Source: Betaproteobacteria bacterium
GTDB taxonomy: Bacteria > Pseudomonadota > Gammaproteobacteria > Burkholderiales > Burkholderiaceae_E
DNA: 31,206 nucleotides
Direction of reading: 5' to 3'
Assembly (NCBI GenBank): GCA_009925965.1
Contig: RFPW01000001.1
Coordinates: 1 to 31,206, forward strand
Part shown: in pieces, positions 10,409 through 17,599 of the stretch
Numbering within the stretch: position 1 is the stretch's first letter
Layout: every line of letters begins with the position of its first letter
The notes under the pieces: generated by a model
Told to the model about the DNA's origin: nothing
Seen by the model: the letters and a program-made list of their open reading frames with translations, nothing else
The model's database searches: none
Program-made: the position numbers and the translations under genes

Positions 10409-11848
10409 ATGACAGACCAACTTTCGCACAAAGCCGACGCTTGGTCGGGGCGTTTTTCGGAGCCCATCACCGAGCGGGTGAAGCGTTACACCGCTTCGGT
10501 CCAATTTGACCAGCGACTCGCCCTACAAGACATTGCGGGGTCACTCGCACACGCCAGCATGCTTCATTCGTGCGGGATTCTGACCAGCGGTGATCTGGCA
10601 GATATTCAGCGCGGAATGGCCCTGATCCGCGAAGAGATCGCCGGGGGACAGTTCAAGTGGTCGATCGATCTTGAGGATGTTCATCTCAACATCGAAGCCC
10701 GTTTGACCGCTCTGGTGGGTGATGCAGGCAAGCGCCTTCATACGGGTCGTTCGCGTAATGACCAGGTAGCCACCGACCTCCGACTATGGCTGCGTGAGCG
10801 CATTGATGAGATACAACACTGGCTCGTCCGACTACAAACTGCTCTTGTTGACCTGGCCGAGCAGCACGCCAATACCGTCATGCCAGGATTTACGCACTTG
10901 CAGGTCGCGCAACCTGTGACTTTTGGACACCACCTCATGGCCTATGTCGAGCAATTGCGCCGGGACGCCGAACGCATGCATGACTGCCGCGCAAGGGTCA
11001 ACCGCCTCCCACTCGGAGCAGCGGCTCTGGCAGGAACCCCTTACCCGATTGATCGCGAGCTGGTCGCCAAGCTGTTGGGATTTGAAGAAATCTGCGAGAA
11101 CTCGCTCGATGCCGTCAGCGACCGCGATTTCGCGATCGAATTTTGTGCCGGCGCCGCGTTGATCATGACCCATATTTCACGATTTAGTGAGGAACTCGTG
11201 CTTTGGTCAAGTCCAGCCTTTGGGTTCATTGAACTGGCGGACCGATTCTGTACTGGCAGCTCAATCATGCCGCAAAAGAAAAACCCAGACGTACCAGAAC
11301 TCGCGCGGGGCAAAACTGGTCGGGTCACTGGAAGCTTGGTTAGTCTGCTAATGCTCATGAAAGGGCAACCCCTTGCGTATAACAAGGACAACCAGGAGGA
11401 CAAAGAACCCTTGTTCGATGCGGCAGACACCGTGATCGATACCCTCGCGATTTTTGCTGAACTCGTTCCGGGGATATCTGTCCATGCGGCCCGCATGCGC
11501 GAAGCGGCGACCCGTGGATACTCAACTGCCACCGATTTAGCCGATTATCTGGTTCGACTCGGACTCCCGTTTCGGGAAGCCCATGAGGCGGTCGCTTTGG
11601 CCGTGCGTGCGGCAATTGATTCGGATCGGGATCTCACCGCACTAAAACTCAATGAAATTAAACAGTTCGCACCCAAGGTCGCTCATCTGATCAGCGAGGA
11701 TGTCTTTGCGGTGCTTGCCCTGGAGGGATCAGTCCGTTCACGGCAGCACCTGGGGGGAACGGCGCCTACTCAAGTCCGGGCGGCAATTTCAAAGGCCCGT
11801 CTCCGACTGAGCGAATCACCACACCAAACCCTCCAAAACCGAGGGTAA
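10409..11848 (+). CDS. argH: Argininosuccinate lyase
   Basis: [31 protein letters not shown], fumarase-superfamily signature [12 protein letters not shown]; AGGAG RBS upstream of ATG 10409. Confidence 0.97.
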   Translation: MTDQLSHKADAWSGRFSEPITERVKRYTASVQFDQRLALQDIAGSLAHASMLHSCGILTSGDLADIQRGMALIREEIAGGQFKWSIDLEDVHLNIEARLTALVGDAGKRLHTGRSRNDQVATDLRLWLRERIDEIQHWLVRLQTALVDLAEQHANTVMPGFTHLQVAQPVTFGHHLMAYVEQLRRDAERMHDCRARVNRLPLGAAALAGTPYPIDRELVAKLLGFEEICENSLDAVSDRDFAIEFCAGAALIMTHISRFSEELVLWSSPAFGFIELADRFCTGSSIMPQKKNPDVPELARGKTGRVTGSLVSLLMLMKGQPLAYNKDNQEDKEPLFDAADTVIDTLAIFAELVPGISVHAARMREAATRGYSTATDLADYLVRLGLPFREAHEAVALAVRAAIDSDRDLTALKLNEIKQFAPKVAHLISEDVFAVLALEGSVRSRQHLGGTAPTQVRAAISKARLRLSESPHQTLQNRG

Positions 11849-11968
11849 ACACGGGCCTCGAAAATCCCCATGCGCCGTCAGTTACGGGCGGAACAGGTCG
11901 ACAAACCCACTACAATCCCGAGAAGAAGTTCGCTTAAATCTTCATCTTTAAGTTAAAGGAAGTTAGTG

Positions 11969-13051
11969 ATGGATCGACGTCAAATTATTAAGAACACGGG
12001 TCTCGCGGGGATCCTTGCGACCGGTGTTGCTCCCGGCATTGTCGGCGCCCAGGCACAAGTCCGGTGGCGCATGACTTCAAGTTTCCCAAAGGCGCTCGAC
12101 ACCCTGTTTGGAGTCGCTGATGTGTTCTCCAAAAAGGTCAGCGACATGACCGGCGGAAAATTCGTCATCTCAACCCATGCCCCGGGCGAAATAGTTCCTG
12201 CATTCGGAACAGTCGATGCCGTCCAGCAAGGGACGGTAGAGTGCGCAGGGACGGCTAGTTACTACTACTTCGGCAAAGACCCTGTCTTTGCTCTGGGGTG
12301 CACCATCCCGTTTGGCCTCAACGCGCGTCAAATGACGGCCTGGCTTTACGAGGGCAATGGCCTGACCCTCATGCGCGAGTTTTTCCGGCAATACAACATC
12401 ATGATGTTCCCGATGGGGAATACCGGTTCCCAAATGGGCGGATGGTGGCGTAAAGAAATTAAATCGGTAGCCGATGTCAAGGGCGTCAAGTTTCGTACGG
12501 GTGGGTTCCCAGGAAGGGTTTGGGAGCGACTCGGTGGTATTGCAGCCAATATCCCCGGCGGCGAAATTTATTCGGCCCTTGAAAAAGGAACAGTCGATGC
12601 GGCCGAATGGGTGGGGCCGTACGACGACGAGCGACTTGGTCTACACAAAGTGGCCCCCCTTTACGCCTACCCAGGCTGGTGGGAGCCCGGTCCGAACATC
12701 GATCTGCACGTCAACATCAAAGCGTATGAGGCCTTGTCTCCAGAATATCGGGCGATCATTGAAAACGCTGCCGCCTACGCGCACACGGACATGCTGGCCA
12801 AGTATGACTCCCGTAACCCGGCCGCGCTGAAGCGTCTGGTGGCCGGTGGCACCAAGCTCTACAAATTCCCGAAAGACATGATGGATGCCGCCTTCAAGGA
12901 GGCAATGGGTCTGTACAGCGAACTATCCGATACCAACCCGAACTGGAAAAAGATCTACACGGATCTTTCGAATTTCCGTCGGGACTCAAACCTCTGGTTC
13001 CGTCTGACCGAAGCCGCCAATGACGACTTCATGCAAGCTGCCCGACTGTAA
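11969..13051 (+). CDS. dctP: TRAP transporter substrate-binding protein (DctP, TakP-like subfamily)
   Basis: Twin-arginine-like leader MDRRQIIK..GLAG; WRMTSSFPK.LD, GNTGSQMGGWWRKEI, KFR, ALEKGTVDAAEWVGPYDD, YPGWWEPG. AAAGGA RBS precedes ATG 11969. Substrate cannot be read from the sequence. Confidence 0.92.
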   Translation: MDRRQIIKNTGLAGILATGVAPGIVGAQAQVRWRMTSSFPKALDTLFGVADVFSKKVSDMTGGKFVISTHAPGEIVPAFGTVDAVQQGTVECAGTASYYYFGKDPVFALGCTIPFGLNARQMTAWLYEGNGLTLMREFFRQYNIMMFPMGNTGSQMGGWWRKEIKSVADVKGVKFRTGGFPGRVWERLGGIAANIPGGEIYSALEKGTVDAAEWVGPYDDERLGLHKVAPLYAYPGWWEPGPNIDLHVNIKAYEALSPEYRAIIENAAAYAHTDMLAKYDSRNPAALKRLVAGGTKLYKFPKDMMDAAFKEAMGLYSELSDTNPNWKKIYTDLSNFRRDSNLWFRLTEAANDDFMQAARL

Positions 13052-13079
13052 ATAGCCCGGGTCAATAGCCCAATCGATC

Positions 13080-13120
13080 AACGCGCCAGCGAGGAAAACT
13101 TCCCTGGCGCGTTTTTTATT
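13080..13120 (+). terminator. Rho-independent terminator after dctP
   Basis: Stem AACGCGCCAG (13080-13089) / CTGGCGCGTT (13104-13113) followed by TTTTATT; lies between the converging dctP and dctM stops. Confidence 0.8.
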
Positions 13121-14734
13121 CTACTTTTTGAGCTTATCCTGCTCGATCGAACGACGCAGGGCCTCCATCGCATCGTCAGCAGACGAATCCGCTGGCTTAT
13201 CGCCCGACGCGTTTCCTGATGGGCCCCCAGCCGCATCGCCGGAGGCGCCGGGAGGCGCAAGCGGGTCGCTCAAGACATTCGACGAGTTCGAGCTACCGGT
13301 CTCGTCCGGTTTGTTCTGAATATCCTGCAACTGCTCGATCGCTTTATCAAGGTCGAGCACTTTTTCCTTATCCAGGAAGACCGTCACAGTCTGCGGGAAG
13401 AAAATCACCACCGCCACCAGGATCAACTGGATGATGATGAAAGGGATCGCGCCGAGATAAATGTCCCTCGATTCCACTTTGCGGGGTAACGATCCATTTC
13501 GATGTAGCGTATCCGAAATGCCGCGCAAATAGAACAATGCGAAACCAAACGGCGGGTGCATGAAACTGGTTTGCATGTTCACGCAAATCATCACACCAAA
13601 CCAAACAAGGTCAATCCCGAGCTTGGCTGCGACGGGGGCCAGAAAAGGGATGATGATGAAGGCGATCTCGAAGAAATCGAGAAAGAACGCCAGGAAGAAA
13701 ATAAAAATGTTGACGACGATCAGGAAGCCCAACTGACCACCAGGCAGCCCTGACAAAAGGTGTTCGATCCAGATACCTCCATCAACGCCCTGGAACACAA
13801 GCGAGAAGACCCGCGAACCGATCAGAATGAAGACCACCATGGCGGTAATTCGCATGGTGTTGAGCAAGGCCTGCTTAAACAGGTCGTAACTCAATCGGTT
13901 GTGCATCGCCGCCAGAATAAAGGCGCCAACGGCACCCATCGCTCCTGCCTCAGTCGGCGTTGCGACGGCCGTATTCAGACCCGGCAAACCGCCCATGCTA
14001 CCGAGAACGGTAATGATTAGAACGGCCGAAGGGATAATGCCGCGCAAGCATTTTTTCCAGAGGGCCCAACCGTCGAGCGTACGCGCTTCCTTCGGCAGCC
14101 CAGGGACGTGCGAGGGACTGATCCTGGACAACAGGAAAGTGTAAAGCGCGAACAAGAGAACCTGCAGAATGGATGGCCCCCAGGCTCCCTTGTACATATC
14201 GCCAACCGGCTTCCCAAGTTGGTCAGCCAGCACGATCAGAACCAGCGACGGCGGAACCAGCTGGGTGATCGTCCCCGATGCAGCCAGAACGCCAGTGGCG
14301 TAGCGCATGTTGTAGCCCCATCGCATCATGACGGGCAAAGAAATCATTGCCATTGCAATGACTTGCCCGGCGACGGTACCCGTAATGGCCCCAAGAATGA
14401 ATCCAACGATAATCACGGAATAGCCAAGGCCGCCGCGAATCGGACCAAACAGCTGTCCCATCGAGTCCAACATGTCCTCAGCCAGACCGCAACGCTCAAG
14501 GATGGTCCCCATGAGCGTAAAAAAGGGAATGGCCAGCAACAGCTCATTGGACAGAATGCCGAAAACATTCAATGGCAGCGCGGTCATGAAGGACGCCGGA
14601 AACCACCCCATATGAACCGCGAAAAACCCGCAACTGAGTCCAAGCGCCGTCAATGAGAAGGAGACGGGAAACCCAATCAGCAAGACAACGATGAGCGCCG
14701 CAAACATCAACGGAGCGAAAGTATCCATCGTCAT
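13121..14734 (-). CDS. dctM: TRAP transporter large permease (DctM)
   Basis: LLAIPFF.LMG..LER.GLA, GTITQLVPPS.VLIVL, FFLDFFEIAFIIIP, MQTSFMHPPFGFALFYLRG; about 12 TM segments; hydrophilic low-complexity C-terminal tail; ATGA overlap with dctQ. Confidence 0.93.
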   Translation of the reverse strand: MTMDTFAPLMFAALIVVLLIGFPVSFSLTALGLSCGFFAVHMGWFPASFMTALPLNVFGILSNELLLAIPFFTLMGTILERCGLAEDMLDSMGQLFGPIRGGLGYSVIIVGFILGAITGTVAGQVIAMAMISLPVMMRWGYNMRYATGVLAASGTITQLVPPSLVLIVLADQLGKPVGDMYKGAWGPSILQVLLFALYTFLLSRISPSHVPGLPKEARTLDGWALWKKCLRGIIPSAVLIITVLGSMGGLPGLNTAVATPTEAGAMGAVGAFILAAMHNRLSYDLFKQALLNTMRITAMVVFILIGSRVFSLVFQGVDGGIWIEHLLSGLPGGQLGFLIVVNIFIFFLAFFLDFFEIAFIIIPFLAPVAAKLGIDLVWFGVMICVNMQTSFMHPPFGFALFYLRGISDTLHRNGSLPRKVESRDIYLGAIPFIIIQLILVAVVIFFPQTVTVFLDKEKVLDLDKAIEQLQDIQNKPDETGSSNSSNVLSDPLAPPGASGDAAGGPSGNASGDKPADSSADDAMEALRRSIEQDKLKK

Positions 14735-15270
14735 TGGAGAGGCCTCTCATAATGAAACTCTGACTCATACCGGTTCATCAACCAGGCATACCGCTTGATT
14801 GCTTCAGAGACGCCCTGAGCAAACAACAGGCTAAAACCGAGTGGCAACATCAGCATCGCTGGCCAACGGATCAGACCACCGGCGTTACTGGAGACCTCAC
14901 CGCTTGCGTACATCTTCAAGAACAACGGAAACGCGAAGTAAATCATGACAGCTGTCGACGGCAGCATGAAAAGGAGAAAACCCAGCAAATCAATCCAAGC
15001 CTGAACCCGGCCGGAGTACTGTCCATAAAGCACGTCTACGCGAACGTGTTCATTAACGCGGAGCACCTGTGACGCGCCGAGCATCACGCATGCCGCGAAC
15101 AGGTACCACTGAATCTCCAGGTAGGCGTTTGAGCTGTAGTTGAAGCCATATCGCACCAACGCATTGAGCGCACTGATAAAACAGGACACGCCCATCGCCC
15201 ACTTCGCAATCACCGCAAAACGGTCGGTCACCCGATCAATGAGTTTCGTCAAGCCCAACAACGCGTCCAT
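14731..15270 (-). CDS. dctQ: TRAP transporter small permease (DctQ)
   Basis: Four TM segments; NALVRY.FNYSSNAYLEIQWYLFA, NEHVRVDV.Y, SSNAGGLIRWP; GGAGA RBS. Confidence 0.9.
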   Translation of the reverse strand: MDALLGLTKLIDRVTDRFAVIAKWAMGVSCFISALNALVRYGFNYSSNAYLEIQWYLFAACVMLGASQVLRVNEHVRVDVLYGQYSGRVQAWIDLLGFLLFMLPSTAVMIYFAFPLFLKMYASGEVSSNAGGLIRWPAMLMLPLGFSLLFAQGVSEAIKRYAWLMNRYESEFHYERPLQ

Positions 15271-15368
15271 GTAGTTCTCCCGTCAACAGCGCAACAAGGC
15301 ACCGGAAATCAACGTGGAGAGGCTTGAGCGGCGAGGCCAAAGCCCATGGTGAGCCGATACGTGACGAG

Positions 15369-15383
15369 AATCGCTCAGCGATT
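15369..15383. promoter_or_regulatory. Perfect palindrome, candidate transcription-factor operator upstream of dctQ
   Basis: AATCGCT-C-AGCGATT, flanked by GACG (15363-15366) and CGTC (15385-15388); about 100 bp upstream of the dctQ ATG. Function is inferred only. Confidence 0.35.
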
Positions 15384-15410
15384 ACGTCCGTGGAACGCAA
15401 CACCATCGTG

Positions 15411-15636
15411 AAAGGGCACGGATCTCAGACTGGGGGCCAACCGGTGGACCCAATCAATGATTCCGTGCCCAGATGAAGAGGGTTTTCACCGCTCCGTTCA
15501 TCTGTCCGGGTTGTGGAGTTTACCAAGCCCTGAGAGAAAGTGGCGGTCTCAGGACAAACAGCACAACCAGCGGGTGGTGTTCTACAACAACATCACAACA
15601 ACATCCAAACGACAGCACAACAACACGCGCAGAAAA
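15411..15636 (-). ncRNA. Candidate structured small RNA or leader: G/U-rich tract followed by three hairpins (strand uncertain)
   Basis: No credible ORF. G/U-rich tract on the minus strand (15554-15630). Inverted repeats: CCTGAGA/TCTCAGG (15529-15553), CAGATGAA/TTCATCTG (15470-15504) and GGGCACGGA/TCCGTGCCC (15414-15470), the last followed by TTT on the minus strand. Confidence 0.35.
15584..15627. repeat. 11-bp-period CA-rich direct-repeat array
   Basis: ACAACAACATC (15584), ACAACAACATC (15595), CAAACGACAGC (15606, degenerate), ACAACAACACG (15617); CAGCACAAC also recurs at about 15559 and 15613. Confidence 0.85.
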
Positions 15637-15930
15637 CTACCGCATCAATCTGCTCATCAAGAAACCCACGGCAATTGCAATGCCGACAATCGCCAATGGT
15701 CGCTGGCGAACCCGCTCGCGCGTTTGTGATACCAACCGATCTTGTACTGCCTGCCAGGCCTCACCGCGAGCCACGAATTGATCGGTGGCCTCGTGGACAA
15801 CTGTTGCAAGACGATCGACCGTGCGGTGTGACCGGTGCTGTCTAGGCTGAGCGGAGCCATTGGCATGCTCGGGACGGCCGTCGGCGGACACGAGTAATTT
15901 GGCGGACGCCTGCGGTGTGTTCGTTTCCAT
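15637..15930 (-). CDS. DUF883 / ElaB-YqjD-like small tail-anchored membrane protein
   Basis: 97 aa with a hydrophilic helical body and the C-terminal VRQRPLAIVGIAIAVGFLMSRLMR tail anchor typical of ElaB/YqjD/YgaM. Confidence 0.75.
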   Translation of the reverse strand: METNTPQASAKLLVSADGRPEHANGSAQPRQHRSHRTVDRLATVVHEATDQFVARGEAWQAVQDRLVSQTRERVRQRPLAIVGIAIAVGFLMSRLMR

Positions 15931-15971
15931 GGATAGGATCTCGTAAAAGTGGATTGCTCCAACCCATCGGG

Positions 15972-15988
15972 AGCAAGCGGCGTTCCCC
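15972..15988 (-). promoter_or_regulatory. Candidate sigma54 (-24/-12) promoter for the DUF883 gene
   Basis: Minus strand GGGGAACGCCGCTTGCT: GG (15986-15985)-N10-GC (15974-15973) with TTGC; 42 nt from ATG 15930. Confidence 0.6.
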
Positions 15989-15995
15989 GCGGGGA

Positions 15996-17420
15996 CTATC
16001 GATTCGGCTGATTCAGGCGGCTGTCGCCGGCCAGTTTGGCGAGATGCTCGAGCGAAATCCCCAGCATGGCTGCCGCGCGATCCTCAACCCATGCGCACTG
16101 GACCAGTGTCGCAAGCGCCAACTGACGCTGAGCCGAATCAATCGACGTTCCGATGCGGATAACAACGCCTCGCCGGTCGCTCGGAAAACGACTCCCCGCT
16201 TCAGGCCCTAGCGAACCCCCAACCGCAGGCCCCACGTATAACGAAGTCCGTTCGGTACCTGTCTCGTCGTCGAATGGCAGTTCCTCTGCAGTGAGTAACT
16301 GATCAGCCAGGATGAAGGCCCTTTGAACCGCGTTTCTCAATTGCCGGACGTTGCCCGGCCATGGGGCGATTTTCCAACGAGCGAGAACCCCATCTCCAAA
16401 GCGTTTCTGCGCCCCCTCGCTTCGGTTTAGTTCAAGAAGAAAATGCGTTGCAAGTAGCTCAATATCGTCAATTCGCTCGCGAAGCGGCGGCAACCGAACC
16501 GGAAATGCATTTAACCGGTGGTACAAATCCTCGCGGAGCTTTCCGGCCTGGACAGCCTGCTCGGGAATTCGGTTGGTGGCCGAAATGAGTCGTACATTGG
16601 TCTGAATTGGCTGGACACTGCCGACCCGGGTAAATGCACCAGTTTCGAGAACTCGCAGTAGTTTGACCTGCAACTCGAGCGGCATCTCGGTGACTTCATC
16701 CAAGAAAATGGTACCGCCATCCGCGCGTTCAAAAAAACCTTTGTGCTGACTATCGGCCCCAGTGAAACTGCCCCGCTCATGACCAAAGAGTTCACTCTCG
16801 ATCAGCTGCGCTGAAACCGCTCCGCAGTTGAGCGGGAAGAAGGGTTGCCGCGCGCGTCGGCTCAAACGGTGGATGGTTTGCGCCGCGAGTTCTTTACCAG
16901 TCCCGCTCTCGCCGACCAGTAACACGGTCGCCGAGGTCGGTGCCACCCTTGCCAACTGATCATATAGTGCCGTCATGGCCGGACATCGCCCCAACAAACT
17001 ACCGAACCAACCAGGCTCGGCCGAGAAGTCGGTGCCAATGCCAGCCCCTAGCGGGGGCGCCTCTGGGGAAACACCCAACGAGGCCAGCGCCTGATGCACC
17101 CGCTTCAACTCGAGCGGCAACGGTAAAAAATCGAACACGCCAGCCCGCAAAGCCAATAAGGCGGTTTCTACTGATGGTTTTGCAGCCATCAGGACCGTTG
17201 CAGTCTGTTCCCGGCCCGGCAGATCAGAAATCAATGTCAGCCCCTCCCCATCGGGAAGGCTCTGATTAATAAATGCGATGTTGGGACGGTGTCGGCCAAT
17301 TTCGATACGGCCCTTACGAACGGAATCTGCGAGGCTAAGCGTCATGCCCTCGCCGCGAACGATGTCAGACAGACAACGCTGAATCTCGAGATCTGCGTCA
17401 ACAACCAACGCATGGGCCAT
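15996..17420 (-). CDS. sigma54-dependent enhancer-binding protein (NtrC family) with pseudo-receiver and degenerate Fis-type HTH
   Basis: AAA+ core: GESGTGKE (Walker A), LNCGA, ESELFGHERGSFTGA, IFLDEV (Walker B), QVKLLRVLE, ISATN, REDLYHRL, WPGNVRQLRN. The receiver lacks the phospho-Asp (FINQSLPDG). Start chosen at ATG 17420 (AAGGA RBS, MAHALVVD); ORF-track start is 17489. Confidence 0.92.
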   Translation of the reverse strand: MAHALVVDADLEIQRCLSDIVRGEGMTLSLADSVRKGRIEIGRHRPNIAFINQSLPDGEGLTLISDLPGREQTATVLMAAKPSVETALLALRAGVFDFLPLPLELKRVHQALASLGVSPEAPPLGAGIGTDFSAEPGWFGSLLGRCPAMTALYDQLARVAPTSATVLLVGESGTGKELAAQTIHRLSRRARQPFFPLNCGAVSAQLIESELFGHERGSFTGADSQHKGFFERADGGTIFLDEVTEMPLELQVKLLRVLETGAFTRVGSVQPIQTNVRLISATNRIPEQAVQAGKLREDLYHRLNAFPVRLPPLRERIDDIELLATHFLLELNRSEGAQKRFGDGVLARWKIAPWPGNVRQLRNAVQRAFILADQLLTAEELPFDDETGTERTSLYVGPAVGGSLGPEAGSRFPSDRRGVVIRIGTSIDSAQRQLALATLVQCAWVEDRAAAMLGISLEHLAKLAGDSRLNQPNR

Positions 17421-17548
17421 CGGGATCCTTGTAGTGAATGCGCCGCGGGGTAGCCCGTCGACAAGAGTGTTCAACTGGAAGCTCGACATGATCGGTCAGC
17501 AACCCCCTGTTGGAGGGTGACGGAATTGACATTCGAATCAAGCGTGGC

Positions 17549-17565
17549 CGGGAATGCCAGTTGCT
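17549..17565 (+). promoter_or_regulatory. Candidate sigma54 (-24/-12) promoter for rpoN itself
   Basis: CGGGAATGCCAGTTGCT: GG (17551-17552)-N10-GC (17563-17564) with TTGC; 35 nt upstream of ATG 17600; near-identical to the motif at 15972-15988. Confidence 0.55.
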
Positions 17566-17599
17566 CTAGTCCTCTTCGCGCAACCGACGGAGACCCCAT

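Noticed and set aside
15470-15560. Glycine riboswitch (CTCTCAGG on the minus strand upstream of a transporter)
   Set aside because: The other conserved aptamer elements (GGAGA, CCGAAG) are not present at suitable positions.
15554-15630. CRISPR array or iteron origin
   Set aside because: Units are 11 bp, contiguous, without unique spacers; no cas or rep gene nearby.
15457-15962. Short plus-strand ORFs over the CA-rich tract (90-102 aa)
   Set aside because: Low-complexity Q/H/N/T translations of the repeat or antisense to DUF883; no RBS or family signal.
17498-17512. sigma54 promoter for the EBP (TTGCT on the minus strand)
   Set aside because: No GG at the required 10-nt spacing upstream of the GC.
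17526-17531. Perfect TTGACA as a sigma70 -35 for rpoN
   Set aside because: No -10-like hexamer 16-18 bp downstream (the sequence there is CGGGAA).
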